From Octopus sinensis (Eukaryota): a stretch of DNA of 64,000 bases. This document shows positions 12,126-26,480 of the stretch, piece after piece (the stretch's first letter is position 1; the number at the start of each line of letters is the position of its first letter). The stretch spans positions 30,256,001-30,320,000 of the forward strand of contig NC_043010.1 of assembly GCF_006345805.1 (NCBI RefSeq). The letters run 5' to 3'. Under the pieces are notes generated by a model. The model made no database searches and was not told where the DNA came from. It saw nothing but the letters and a program-made list of their open reading frames with translations. A program made the translations under genes and the position numbers.

Positions 12126-13029
12126 ATTTTTTGAAAAATTGAAATGGTGGTTTAAATGAAATTTTCAAAATGCAATTTTTTGAAATTTTTTTTTTCAGAA
12201 TCGGATCCTCCATAAACAAAACCGTGGGATTCCGTAAAAAAGATCAATATATATCCATTTTGCCGGAAGTTATGACGGAAAAATCGGATTTTGTGAATTT
12301 TCCGAAAATTTCCCTCCCCACCCCCAGGGTCGTCAGCGTGAATTTTTTTTTCATATTCTTTTTTCAATATACTTGTTAACACCACCAGGCTGGTTAATTT
12401 TTGGTTTTGTTCCAGGGTGAGGATCCTTATATTGACCCCAGATTGTCCATTTACAAAGTCATGAGATAGAGAAAAAGTGGAAGATAGAGAAAAAGGGAAA
12501 ATACATAAAATATAAAAGTAAATAAAGGTGTTGGTTGGCTCAGTGGAATAGTGGCAAACAAAATGCTTTACAATATTTGTTTATGCCCCTTTACGTCGTG
12601 AGATCAAATCTGCTGTGATCAACTTCGCTTTTTCATAGTGTTTATTTTGGTGTTACTGGATGAAGAATTTGAAGTAAGAGCTGTTGTTTACTATTTTTCA
12701 AACACTGCACTTAGAAAAATTTAAAACAACAAATTCGTCACGAAATCTCTTCTTTCTTCCTGCTATCGTTTTTCACGTGACTTCTCACTCACAGCTGCCT
12801 TTTCGTTCCATATCCTCTGTTTTTCTCTTTTATTCATTATCTTCTTTACCTGCTCTTCCCCTCTCTCTTTTATATCTTTATCTTTTTCCCTCCTCTCTCT
12901 TTCTCTCTCCCTCCCTTTCATATATTCCCATTCCCCTCTCTCTCTCCCTCCCTCTGTCTCTCTTCCTCTTTACCTCCCTCTGTCTCTCACCCCCTCTCTA
13001 TCTTTCCCTCCTCTCTCTGGGATTAGACA

Positions 13030-15375
13030 GCGAAGATGGCAGCAAAGTCAGAGAGCAAGGGACTGAAACTTCTGTTGCAAACTTGGACAATTACTATTGG
13101 CGATCCTCCAAACATCGTTATTGCTGCACTAAAGAACAATGGTTTCTGTAGAATCATTGAGCAGATAGAGCTGAAGAAAAACGAATTTATCCGATCTGAT
13201 GCTCTTATTAGACCAAACATTGACACTCTTGATGCCATCATGAAAAACAACCGTTGCAAGGTTGATAAGGATAGGGAAGATGAAACAACAACCAGAAGTT
13301 CCTCTGATCCAGTGGTCCCTCATAAGAATGGATCCCCCACTCCTATGAACAACCAGGCTAATAAGGATAGGAAAGATGAAGAAGCAGCAACCAGACGTCC
13401 CTCTGTACCAGTGGTCCCACAAAAAAACGGAACCCACGCCCCAGAGGACAACCAAGGGAGTGTAAGGGCTACCACCAGTAAAGGAAGGAAAGACCACGAG
13501 CAAAAGCAAAAATGAAAAAGGAGAGGAAGGAAAAGGACAAGATGAAAGGACTAAAACTAAAACCGAAACCCAAAACCACCAAATAAAAAACAAAAAACAA
13601 CCCGAATATGGAGGATCCAATGGAATCCCCAACTCTATAAGAGAGAAAAATTTGGAGTGAAGACGAGGACGTGCAAATTTTACCTGCAAGACAAATGTTG
13701 GCATGGAGAAGGCGGTACAAACTGCTGATTTGCTCACCCGGGACCCACCAAAACTGTAGGGGGTTTAAGGAGAAATACATCCCAGAGGAGAGGCATCAAT
13801 CGTCTCCAAAGAGAAAGTGTGCAGATGTCTTGCGCTCTTCAGATGTTATGCGAAAGGCAACAGCTGAGCAAGAGTCGTTTTTGTGCATAGCGCAAAAAAT
13901 TGTGCAGCAACTGACCTGACTACATCAAGTGCAAACACGGAACCTTGCCCACCACTGCGCAAGACCACAACAATCAACAGACATGGGATGGCTTCCCCTA
14001 AAGCCAGCATAGTCGTCACGACAATATTTTTACTAAATATAGGGAGGCCTGTTGCAACACAACAACAAAAAAAAGAGCAAACTCTTTCCCGAGAGACCTT
14101 GCTGCATGCAAACAAGCCCCATACATAGCACTCGTTGAAAATCACCTTGGGCCTGATATAGAGGATGCAGAAGTGCACGTACCAAAATATACTATACTGC
14201 GAACGGACAGAAGGGAAAGGAGCCATGGTGGAGTTGCTGTATACATCCGTGAGGACCTCACGTCCAAATGTTACGTCTTACTTAAATTCGGTATGTGACA
14301 CTTAAGTTATATACATAAAACAACACAATGTAGTCATATGCAATACATATCACCAGACAACACGGGCAATTTTGAAGATTGCCTCATAAGAATAAAAGAA
14401 ACCTTCATGAAACTGGAACACCACGTATGTTCCGTATGGGTGATTTCAACTTCTCCAGTTTCAAATAGCTTGAGGGCCTCATGTTCTCAGGAATGACTCA
14501 TTGCAAGCAAGTACAGGTGAAGTCTCTGGTAAACCTCTCTAATGCCATATTCATGGAGCAAATTGTGTTCCGACCAACCAGGGCGAATAACATATTGGAT
14601 CTCTGGTTCACAAACAATATGGACATCGTTCATAATGTGAATGCGACGCCAACATTAATTTCGGATCACAACTTAATAGAGCTGTCTATGTACAGACCAA
14701 AAGTAGTCAGAGACATAGAGCCTACAGGAAGCACCCGAAATCTCTCCAGCCTGAACTTCCACATAGCAAATTGGAAGTCGATCAAAAAAAGGTACTCAGA
14801 CAGGACTGCCCGAAATGTTTCTCCACACCAGACATTGGCATGAAACTAGAATAGTTCCTGTCTGTTATGCAAACCACATGCCAGAACTATGTCCCAGAGC
14901 ACAAAAAGGCTCAAGATTCCAAGGGAGAGGAAAATTCTCATGAGACGACGGACGAAGGTTGCAAATCGCTTCGGTCAACATCCCAAAAGTAGTGAAAGGT
15001 CCCACCTAAAAACAACACTGATGGAGATTGAAAAAAAAAGCCTGCAACAATCCTATGTGGAGGATAGAGCAGACAAATAAGGCCTTCTTTTATTAAGCCA
15101 AAGAAACAGCCTGCAAAATAAGGCCCCTCTTCCAGAAGGATGGCTCCCTCACAGATAACCCAACCAGGATCAGTGAGGTAGTGAATGACCAGTTCAAAGG
15201 TGTCTTTACCACCCCGTTGGAACACAGACAAGTGAACGAGTGAACGAACCAGTGGATTTCTTTGCCGCCTCACCTATAACCAGTGAAGCAGTTACGATAG
15301 ATTACATCGAAATTGCTGAAGAAGATATAATATTAGCCATAGATGGAGTGGGCGCAAACTCAACTGCTGGCCCTT
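13030..15375 (+). mobile_element. CR1-type LINE 5' half (ORF1 with CCCH finger, AP endonuclease), pseudogenised
   Basis: CKFYLQDKCWHG..C.FAHP; RTDRRERSHGGVAVYIR; MGDFN; PTRANNILDLWFTN; SDHNLI; ends at NSTAGP. Confidence 0.85.
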
Positions 15376-17048
15376 TGGTCTTTTCAGTATATATGACAGT
15401 TATCCTTGTGGAGGTTAATTCTCTTCGTGCAGATGATCTTTAGACCAGTGAGAAGCCAAATCCATTTTATTTTCTCTTTGAACGTCAAGCATTCATTTAC
15501 TGAGGATAAACGTTGTTCCAGGGATTCCTGCCCAAAATGTCTTCAAGTCTCTTTAGATATAGCAGCCATTATCGAAAATAAGATTATCAGGCTTCTCGTG
15601 TATGACACACACTCACATTCACACTTTCTGCGGTTGTAAAATACCTGATTATATCACTTGTGATATTTAAGCACGTTCCTTCAGATTCTAAATTCAAATT
15701 CGCTTTTCATAATTTGGGATTCCACAAAATAAATACCATTAAATAATAAGATCAATATAGATGCAATTAGTCTTGCCTTTCATCTTCGCGGGATCCGAAA
15801 AAAGATACATGTTCAAAGCAGTGGATTAGCAAAAATGTCAGAGCATCAGACGGGATGCTTTGCTCCGGTTCTGTTTTTTTTTCTTTCTGAATTCAGACCC
15901 CGTCCCGTCACCGAAAAGCGGCGACATTTCTGCCATGTGCTGGGACCACAAGAGAGTATCAGCGGAGGAAGGGCGGGAGTTATTCTTCTAGTAGAGATTT
16001 GCTTGGAAATGCAGAGGGTTCGTCTAGAGACACACCGAAGACCTTGTGCTATTAAGTTAGGTAATTAATTTAGTCTGCCACCCAAAATTAGAAAAGTCTC
16101 TCAGACAAGTTTCCCTGCAAAAGACTTTGATCGTCACATGATTGTGGTAGACATTTTCCCACTCTGCTAAGACACCCAAGGAACAGATGGTTTTGCTAAG
16201 CTAGGTTGCTAATTTAGTCTATTACCTGCTACAAAAACAACCTCAACCGACAGATTTCCACACAGTTTCAGCCTACCAAATTTCACGTGCAAGTCCTTGG
16301 TCGATCTGAAACTATGATAACTGGGTGTCGTACATTGGGAACGAAACTGAATCCATAGTGTTGCAAAGGAACTTTTATTTATTACATATCTATCTCTGTG
16401 ACGAAGCCACATATATAACCTAGTCTTCCATTGTACCATAGTAGTCGATAGTCGATTGTCCTGTTACTTCTACTTTTATGGTCACACAATAAAATCAACT
16501 GAAGTTATTGATAATAAAGCTCTAAATACTTGATGTTTTCTTGTAATCCTGATTATTGATTATTGATTATGAATTGATAAATAATGCTAGTAATCATATT
16601 GCAATTGTGTTTTGTTCCACAGTAGTTAATTTTTATTCCTTTTGTTCTGGGTTTCTCTTTATGAAGAAATATTTTATATATTGTCCAGTCAACCGTAACA
16701 TTTGCATGTATCTCTTATTGCGAACTTACTTGTTTTATGGCGATACAGTAAACCGTTCGAAATATTAAATCAATGGGAACAAAACATTTGACAGGCCAAC
16801 TTTACTTTAAAAAAAACGTCTTGGAATCAAGTTGTTACTCCCAAGTGTTGACAGTTCCAGGTCAGAAATATTTTCAGTAGACGGAATACAAAAGTAAGTA
16901 CATGAACTTTTACTTGACTTTAATTATCATTCCAATATAATCATTAGTAAATGGCTTGAAATTCGACTAATACAAAATTTTGAGGAGCGTATATAAACAG
17001 ATGTTAAAATAATATATATATATATACACACACACATACATATATATA

Positions 17049-18014
17049 TTGGGTCATCTCATAAATAATGCGGTTTTTATACTTGTTTTATTTTTAAAAA
17101 TCGAGATAAAGTTCTTTTTTACTTTAAAATATACTCTCCTTCATTTTCTATAATGCTCTTCCATCTATCTGGTAGACTTGCAAGGCTCTTCTTCCAAAAT
17201 TCACTTGTCAGTGACGAAAAATAATTACCCAGTACTGTTCTGACCTCGTCTACAGAATTCATATTTTTTTCCGTTCAAATGATTTTGAAGACAGCGGAAT
17301 AAGTGATAATCAGATTGGGTAACGTCTGATGAATATGGTAGGTGGGGCATCGTTTTCCCATTCCAACTGCTTCAGTCATTGGAATGTCATCCTCGCTGTA
17401 TGTGACCGAGCATTATCCTGATGGAAAAGCACTTTTTGTCTTGAAACCAAAGATGATCATTTTTCTTCTAGCGCTGACTTAAAAGACTGGTTTAATGACC
17501 AAATCCAAGCTTCTCTGCTAGTTCCTCAACAATTACGATGGGATTTTGTTCCACTAGAGTCTGCAGGACGTCCTCGTCGAGCTCTACAGATCTTCCAGGA
17601 CGAAGCTCGTCTTCTAGGTTGTAGTTTCCGTTTCCGAATTTTTGGAACCACAGTTGACACTTTCTTACGCTTATTGTCCGATCCCTATATCCTGCATTAA
17701 TTTTTCTCACCCTTTCCTTTGCGTTGTAGCTTTTATTGAATTTATAAAGCAAAATATGTCGAATATGCTCCTTTGTCACTTCCATTATAGCTTTGAAAAA
17801 ATAGCTGTTAAAATCAAACTGCGCTCATCAAGACTTGCACTAAGAATAAGACAAGTTAAAATTACAATTTGCATTTATATGTTTCTTTATTAGCCACACA
17901 GGGCTGAACACAGAGGGGACAAATTACAAAGTTGATGCTGGTAGTTTATCCCGTCTCACTCCGACTTTTAGTTCATGCAATTGACAAAACCGCATTATTT
18001 ATGAGAAGACGCAA
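17049..18014 (-). mobile_element. Mariner transposon (Hsmar1/SETMAR-like), internally deleted
   Basis: TIRs TTGGGTCATCTCATAAATAATGCGGTTTT at both ends; ORF 17785-17492 with HTH WFQKF..LEDELRPGR; FHQDNAR and DYHLF downstream. Confidence 0.9.
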
Positions 18015-18058
18015 CACACCCACACAAACAAACACACAAATACACACACACACACACA

Positions 18059-18150
<92 letters not shown>

Positions 18151-18164
18151 CATACATATATGTG

Positions 18165-18497
18165 ATGAGACCCCCTTTGGTCATGACTGACCATGGGATT
18201 GCACCTAGAAAGTTACCTTCCCAAGCACAAGTCCGGGCAAGGTTGTTTATGGAAGACCAGCAGTCGCTCATGCATACCAGCCTCCCCTCTCCACGCCGCC
18301 AATGTTATCCATGGGAAAGGCAAAGGCCGATACAGCTTTGCACCAGTGACGTCGCAACTCATTTCTACAGCTGAGTGAACTGGAGCAACGAGAAATAAAG
18401 TGTCTTGCTCAAGAACATGCAGCCTGGTCCGGGAATCGAACTCACAATCTCACGATCGTAAGCTGTACGCTCTAGCCACTGAACTATGCACTTTCAC
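18165..18497 (-). mobile_element. tRNA-derived SINE, near full length
   Basis: A box TAGTTCAGTGGCTAGAG, B box GAGTTCGATTCC, core TTCTTGAGCAAGACACTT...GCTCCAGTTCACTCAGCTG. Confidence 0.8.
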
Positions 18498-18668
18498 CCC
18501 CCGCCACAGACACACATATAATATATGTATATAATTTAGAGAAAAACCTCTATTAAGCAGTTCAATAGTCAAAGACGTTATTTACACCATACAGAAAAAA
18601 GTTAAATATACCATAAAAAAACATTATTCTAATAATCAATAAAGTACATAAACAATAAATAGGAAATT

Positions 18669-18789
18669 GACTACGCGCGTTTGGTGGCTATATCTACAAA
18701 TAGATAATAATAATAATAAAATCAATTCGATTTAAAATTAAATCGATCTAAAATTAATTCTATTTAAAAATATAGTCACTCATCAGGTC
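18669..18789 (-). ncRNA. PLE hammerhead motif with a long AT-rich stem II loop; G12 mutated
   Basis: gac-CTGATGA-gtgactata...tatagccac-CAAA-cgcgcg-TA-gtc. Confidence 0.65.
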
Positions 18790-19762
18790 TAAAATAATAA
18801 TAGTAATAATAATGATAACAACAACAACAACAACAACAACAATAATAAAATAAATGTACATATCTTAACTAATAATAATTAACACATAAATATAGAAAAA
18901 TAAATGTCTTAACAATAAATAATCGAATAAAATTTAACAATATTGCTTAAAATAAAATCATAACTTATCGAAGAATTTCTGTTAGCTAAAATGTTAAACG
19001 TAAAACGTAGAACTTAGCGTTTATAAGAAATTTATCGCGTGAAAACATAGCGTAAATAAAAATTATAGAATAAATAGGTTGAAATATGTATTTAAGCTGT
19101 GAAAATGACAAAATGTATTTTAGCTGTGAAAATAAGAAAAAAAACTCACTGTAATATACCATTTACTGGAAAATTTTAAAGCTAAAATACGTAAAATACA
19201 TAATATACATAAATTAAATATATATGGGGAAAGTAAGAAGAAACATTGACAGAACACCTCAGTAGAGCAAAGAATGAATAAAGAAGCAACTTTCATCGAT
19301 GAATATCATCCACAATTTAACATGAACGCAACATAATGCCGAACACTACTAACCTTACCATTAATGCCACTAACATCCATACACTCCTTATATCATTCAT
19401 ATTACAGTATTATATCGACCCTAATTGTACTTACCTCCCTTACACAATCTACAATCTTTTTACTCAGGGACTAGTAGACCCGATACCGTTTGGTAATCGG
19501 TGCGCATTCAAAGCCAGTGAACAACAATGACGACACCGCTTTGACTTTGAATCCCTTTAACATTTCAAAGTAATGAATTTAATCCCTCTTAATTCTACTT
19601 CAGTTCATCTAATTGTATTTATTTATCGCTACTTTTCAAAAAAAGCTATTATTTTTTTGATATGCAATGTGCATTTCCGCTTTTTTCTTCTAACTTTCCT
19701 CATATCTTTTCCACGTGTAGTTAGTTTCAATATTCTGTTTGAAACACACGCACACATACACA

Positions 19763-19954
<192 letters not shown>

Positions 19955-20040
19955 AGTCCCGGTTGAGTCGGGGTTAACCACAGTAAATAAGGTACTCAAT
20001 ACATAGCAGAGTAAATTAATTTATTTTATAGTATAGAAGG

Positions 20041-20091
20041 AGCTTCTACAGGACTAGAACTGTTTCATTCAAAAGAAATCAACAGGAAGCT
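20041..20091 (-). ncRNA. Type I hammerhead motif (A6 to U)
   Basis: agcttc-CTGTTGA-tttc tttt gaat-GAAA-cag...ctg-TA-gaagct. Confidence 0.6.
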
Positions 20092-20250
20092 AGGTGACAA
20101 GAATAGTTTTGGCATTTATACACTTAGGCAGGTTTAAGGGGTGGTGGTTGGGGGACTTTTTGGGGTAGGCATGGCGCAAACTATCATTCTTAGGGGAGTG
20201 GTCAAAGGAATCAGTGATAAAGTAGATAAAAGAATAAATAGAATAATAGA

Positions 20251-20648
20251 GGGAGTGGCTGTGTGGTAAGTAGCTTGTTTACCAACCAAATGGTTCTGGG
20301 TTCAGTCCCACTGCGTGGCACCTTGGGCAAGTGTCTTCTACTATAGCCTCGGGCCGACCAATGCCTTGTGAGTGGATTTGGTAGACGGAAACTGAAAGAA
20401 GCCCGTCGTATATATGTATATATATATGTATGTGTGTTTGTGTGTCTGTGTTTGTCCCCCTAGTATTGCTTGACAACCGATGCTGGTGTGTTTACGTCCC
20501 CGTCACTTAGCAGTTCGGCAAAAGAGACCGATAGAATAAGTACTGGGCTTACAGAGAATAAGTCCTGGGGTCGATTTCCTCGACTAAAGGCGGTGCTCCA
20601 GCATGGCCGCAGTCAAATGACTGAAACAAGTAAAAGAGAGTAAAGAGT
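20251..20648 (+). mobile_element. Octopus tRNA-derived SINE (OR-type), full length
   Basis: A box GTGGCTGTGTGGTAAG, B box GGTTCAGTCCC, core CCTTGGGCAAGTGTCTT, internal TA/TG tract, tail GACTGAAACAAGTAAAAGAG. Confidence 0.9.
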
Positions 20649-20884
20649 ACATACCCACATACATCCATATACACATGTACATATGCACCCATTTACATAC
20701 ATCTACGTACTCACCCATACCCATACTCATACATACACACAAATATCTACACACATATATATGTAAAATAAATAAATATAAAAGAGGATATACACCCCCT
20801 TACACACACGCTCACATATCCATATATATATATATAATATATTATATATATATACACACATTCATACACACTCTTATATATATA

Positions 20885-20935
<51 letters not shown>

Positions 20936-21162
20936 ATACACATATATATACATACACATATATATATTGTTTTTATTTGACCTCGACCAACGAAGCCGAC
21001 ACAGAGGTAGGTTTCTCCCAAGGAAGCTTGGCTAGCTGGCTTAAAAAACCATTAATTGCCCCTCTACCTTCCTTTCTATCTTTCTACCCACTGATACGAA
21101 CACAAACACTTACACACGCACATACACTCATATATATGTATATATATATATATATAATATAT

Positions 21163-21207
<45 letters not shown>

Positions 21208-21882
21208 TATATATTAATAAAAGGGATTCCAACCTTGTCTGATTTTCACGTTTTATTTACAATCTTATAATGATATATTATAATATAATATAATATAATA
21301 AAATAAAATAAAATAATAGAATGTTAAATGTTCATTCTGATTGAACTAGTACTTTCATGCATTAAGTTCATGTAGTAGTGGTGACAGTCATGCTTCACAA
21401 TTTTTGACTGTAGCGAGATGATTAAATCTGTGCCTTAAATATAGCTGTGTAGGCTCCAGATTGCTAGGTTTTGCAAACTGTATTCTGACCAATCAGTGTG
21501 TAGTATCACTCAATTACTTAAGCTTATTGGTTGGTTGAGCTGATTGGTTTAGGCGTCACGCTTTGTTGAACATGTCAAGAGTCCTGTATCTTAACCCTGG
21601 CCGAGGCAGCAATTGTTGAGCTATTTTTAGAAATGTTGAAAATAGCCTTTGCAGAGATTTTTATATTTTTATATTTCAATTGTCATTATCATCATTGTCA
21701 GCACCTGTTTACGCCAACTCTGTAATGGGCTACTTAGAACAACAGCTCTACCAAGAGGTGGAGGTAAACACCCGTATATATATATATATACATGTATATA
21801 TATATGTATATATATATACATATGTATGCATATATATATATATACACATATATATACATACACATATATATGTATATATATA

Positions 21883-21916
<34 letters not shown>

Positions 21917-21959
21917 AATGTATATATACATAATATAAATATATGTATATGTATACATA

Positions 21960-22047
<88 letters not shown>

Positions 22048-22121
22048 ATATATATACTAGCTTAAGGTGACCCGCTCTACGCGCGGGTAAGAGTGTGGTT
22101 GTTACTTTTTGTTGCTTCCTT

Positions 22122-22444
22122 TCAGCACGTAAAAAGCACCATCCGAACGTGGCCGATTGCAGCACCGCCTTGACTGGCTTCTGTGCCAGTGGCACGTAAA
22201 AAGCACCAACCGATCGTTGCCGCTGCCAGCCTCCCTGGCACCTGTGCCGGCGGCACGAAAAAAGCACCCACTACACTCACAGAGTGGTTGGCGTTAGGAA
22301 GGGCATCCACCTGTAGAAACACTGCCAGATCAAACTGGAGCCTGGTGCAGCCTCCTGGCTTCCCAGACCCCGGTCAAGCTGTCCAACCCGTGCTAGCACG
22401 GAAAACGGACGTTAAACGATGATGATGATGATGATGATGATGAT
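22122..22444 (+). mobile_element. 5'-truncated SINE-like retroposon with (GAT)n tail
   Basis: Three internal GCACG.AAAAAGCACC units; ends GGACGTTAAAC(GAT)n. Confidence 0.7.
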
Positions 22445-23262
22445 TCTCCCTCTTTGTTTCTCTCTCCTTTCTCTCTCACTTCCCACTCTCTTACTTTTCT
22501 TTTCTCTCGGACTCTCCCTCGCTTTCTCTTACTCTCTATCTTTATCTCTCTCTCTCCCATTTATAAACAACAAAAGATCTTGAGTAAGTTCAGACATAAA
22601 ATATTTCGAAAGACCAATCATAAATATCAGGCAGTGGCAACGGAAAGGTCTGCTTCAAGGGAGACAGCAAAGCACTAACATTTAAAAGGGACAGACGAAC
22701 TTGCGAGCTGAATAAAAATAATAAAATATTGGAAACTAAAGTTTGAAGGGATAGAATCTGAGGATAGTAGAGTCACCATGGCTGGCATTTCTTAACGACG
22801 GACAGCAACGTATTGACAGTTTAACGGCTGGCGTAAAATTTTGAACTTGATGTAAAAGAAAATTCGTAAACACCAAGTTTTGAAGTGATTATTTCTCACG
22901 ACAGTAGACTCACCATGGCAAGCATTCAAAACTTCTTCATCATGGACGGCAACACATTGACGATTAAAAGGCTGGCGCAAATTATTTAGCTTGATGTAAC
23001 AGAGATTTCCTAAACACCCGCTCCTTTAAATTTTAATCCCCTTCCAGCCCCATTTAGACCCCTTTTCACATTTTGGTTAATATAACCCGATTTCATTCGG
23101 GTGTACTGGGGCCACATTTTATAAGATGAGGAATTTTGTCCTAGAGGTCACGCCTTTCATTTGAGGAAAAAAATAGTTGTCATGCAAACTTGCCAGCACT
23201 TTTAACATAGGTGTGCATATTTTCAGCTTAACCGACCACATAATGCACACATTATATATATA

Positions 23263-23628
23263 CTAGCAGTATCGCCCGGCGTTGCTCAGGTTTGTAAGGG
23301 AAATAACTATAAAGCATTTGTAGAGAGTTATAGCCAAAAAATAGCAAAAAAATGGAAAAAAATGATGGTAAATTTTTTTTGGAGATTTAAAAAAGACAGT
23401 TTGTGGTTCGTGTTTCTGATTCTCGACCCCATGTCGAATTTATCGATTTTTTTCAGAACTGGGAGAACTTTTCAAAATTTTTGCTGCGTTAGTTTTGAAT
23501 TATGACATTGGGCTATGTGTGTGTCAAGTTTCATCAGAATCGGTTGAAAGCCGTGATCAGGGTGAGGGTACAAGCAAACAGACACACAGAAACACGCACA
23601 GACAAACTGCCGTTTATATATAGAGAGA
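23263..23628 (-). mobile_element. Short non-autonomous Helitron, nested
   Basis: Same CTAG and hairpin end as 1929; other end AAGTTTCATCAGAATCGG...CGTTTATATATAGAGAGA. Confidence 0.8.
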
Positions 23629-23634
23629 TATATG

Positions 23635-23666
<32 letters not shown>

Positions 23667-24234
23667 AACGCATTATATATACAAATGTATACAAATTATA
23701 TATATATATATATATGTATAAAGCCGTGACACGATGTTATAAAGAGAAAGGGAAGGTAAGGTAGTTAGACGCCGTTATCGACGTTATATATAGAAAGTGA
23801 TGGGAAGGGAGGAAATAGAGTGAGTGAGGGAGGAAGACAGATACATAAAAAAACCACAGTGGACTTGTCAAAGTGCGTTTTGGGCCCTTGCAACGACACC
23901 TTTTAAGATAGGGATTTCTAACGTAGCCCACTGGCATCCTCACCTCATTTTACATGTCCCTGTAAATTTTGGAGTCAATCCGACGGGATCTAGTGGCCTT
24001 GAAAGCGGTCCAGACAAACAAACAAACTTTTCGCATTTCACTTTTATAAATAGAGATAACAATTATTTGTGTGCGTATATCTACATGTCTGTATACATAG
24101 ATACATAGTATATATATATATATATATATACATACATATGCACCCCCCCACACACATATATATGCACCGCCCCTCCCACACACACACACACGTCGTAATG
24201 TTGAACGGGAATACAAACTGCATAAAACAGATAT

Positions 24235-25570
24235 AAATAAGAAAAAGCGCAATGTATCATGCAACCTTCTCAAGCAGGTGATAAAAAGGGCAGTGCTTGA
24301 ATTTGAGCAGCGCATAGTAAGGTGTTCTGACAATAAGGTGTTCTGGAAATATGTACATTCGATGCAGAGACCTCACTCTCCTGTTGGTTCTCTTCGTAAT
24401 CTCCACACAAGCCAGATTACTGACGATCCCAAAGAATGCGCAGATATCATTGTTTAATGCTATGCAGACATTTTTACTGTCGAAAACCAAAACGTATCAT
24501 CTCCACCACTTCTGATACCAAATTCTATAACAACTCTGGAACTTACACCTGTACTCCTGCGACGTCATCTGAAGAATAAGCGCAACTATGCCTTTCCTGG
24601 TCTTGATCGTGTTACGTACCTACTTCTCAAACATGGTGGCTACTTTCTTCTGCACCACCTTTCACTCTTCTTTCAGTGCTGTCTTAACAACGGTGCTACA
24701 TCAGAGCAGTGGAAAACTGCTAGTGTCATTTCTCTGTCCAAAAATGGTGACCGCACCTCGCCTGTCAACTACGTCCAGTCAGTCTTACTTGTTGCATTGT
24801 CAAACTGATAGAATCCTGTGTCAGAGAGACACTCTGGAACTTCTGGAATTCTCACAATCTTATCCGGCCCTCGCATTTTTTATTTATCCCTAAGTCCAGC
24901 TGCTGTGATCAACTTATCGAATTTCTTGAAGACATCACCCGGGTCACTGATGGTGGTTCATGGGTGGATGTTGTTTACCTTGATTCTGCTAAAACTTTTA
25001 ATTCTGTGCCACACAAAAACTTATGGCAAAACTCTCTGCAATGGGTGTGAAGATGATCTTTTTAACTGGTTGTAGTTCTTCATTCTCAGCCGAAAACAGG
25101 TTGTCACAGTTCTAGGACAGCATTTTTCACCCTATGAGATGTCATCTGGTGTACCGCAGGGATCTGTTTTTGGTCCCTTTTTGTTTGCTGCATGCATTAA
25201 TGACATCGATGCCAACTTAATGCCACAGTGCTGAAATATGCAGATGACATCAAACTGTACCTTGAGATAATAAGGACAGATCCTGAACACTATAGATCTT
25301 TCTTGCAATTGGACCTGGAGAAATGCAATAATGGATCACGGACTGGCAACTCAAACTGGCTGTGGACAAGTGTACCACCGTGCATTTTGGGAGGAAAAAC
25401 TCAACGTCCACACTCTCTCTACAACAATAATACCAAGAAATCTTCTTGTGAACGTGACCTGGGCATTAATGTCAGCAGCAATTTGCGCTGGACAAAACAC
25501 ATCTCTAAAATTGTCAAGAAGGTTGAGAGAATGAACACAGCTAACAACCTAAACTTTAGCCACTGGACTA
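24235..25570 (+). mobile_element. CR1-type LINE reverse transcriptase, decayed
   Basis: WKTASVI, PVNY, DVVYLDSAKTFNSVPH, SGVPQGSVFGPFLF, KYADDIKLY, ERDLGI. Confidence 0.9.
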
Positions 25571-26262
25571 CATAAAAACGACTCCTGTCCCATCAGACAT
25601 TAAATTTGAAGTGCCTTGATTATAATTAAACATGTTCACTCAACCGTGTCAGCCTCCTTTTTAGGCGCATAATATACTATTACGTGACACTAACGCATGA
25701 ATGTAGCGGGAAACATATAAAAGGTTATAAACTCAATCATGAATTCATTCTCTACAAACATTTGAAAGAAAACATTCAGAGTATTGATCGTTTGGACATG
25801 TTCAGTCAACCGTGTCAACTTTAACTTACGACGCCAATCATTACCACTTGATACTAACACAAGGACTTAGGGGGAACCTGCAACAATTTCTAAGACCCGT
25901 CATGTGACTATCCTCTACCAATAAAATCCTATTCAAAACATATACTAATTTGAGCCATGAACACTGCAGAAAAAGGGCAAGCTTCAAACACTAGTAAGAA
26001 GCAAAACAGCTGAGACATAATCCACGTATTCCTATTTGAACTTTTTGAAAATCAGTGTAAACTGTGAAATCGGTAGGCGTTCCTGTGTAATAAAAAGTTT
26101 GCTTGCCAACCACATGGGTCTGGACTCAGTCTCACTACGTAGCAACCAACTTGGGTAATTGTTTTCTGCTATAACTTCCGGACAACCAAATCATTGTGAA
26201 TGGATCTGATTGACAGAAACTGAAAGAAGTCCGCCGTATATATATATATATATATTATATAT

Positions 26263-26312
<50 letters not shown>

Positions 26313-26432
26313 AGAGAGAGAGAGGTTATGAGAGGTAATGGTGTTCAGCATGTGTATATATTAAACTTTTTCTTTTTCAGAATGAGATAAAAAAAAACCA
26401 AGGCTGTGAAGATTTTAGAACATTTATAAATG

Positions 26433-26480
26433 GTCTTACAGCTATTTCCGGGATAATTTTTATATCCCTTCATCGGAGAC
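26433..26480 (-). ncRNA. PLE hammerhead motif
   Basis: gtct-CCGATGA-a-gggata taaaaat tatccc-g-GAAA-tagctg-TA-agac. Confidence 0.65.

Larger units (their letters stand above)
22057..24056 (-). mobile_element. Non-autonomous Helitron with nested insertions
   Basis: Minus-strand 3' hairpin ACCCGCGCGTAGAGCGGGT then CTAG|T at 22057; 5' TCTCTATTTATAAAAG at 24056; that both ends belong to one element is inferred. Confidence 0.6.

Noticed and set aside
13084-13130. TITIGDPPNIVIA resembles the OCA2/ArsB-NhaD GDPPN motif
   Set aside because: Lies in LINE ORF1 with no membrane helices or splice sites; probably chance
18420-18497. tRNA-like A and B boxes (also at 3127 and 20251)
   Set aside because: SINE heads, not cloverleaf tRNAs
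16661-19492. Possible first exons (16661-16747 and 19468-19492) in phase with exon A
   Set aside because: Poor signal peptide, weak donors, and the second lies in probable PLE 3' sequence
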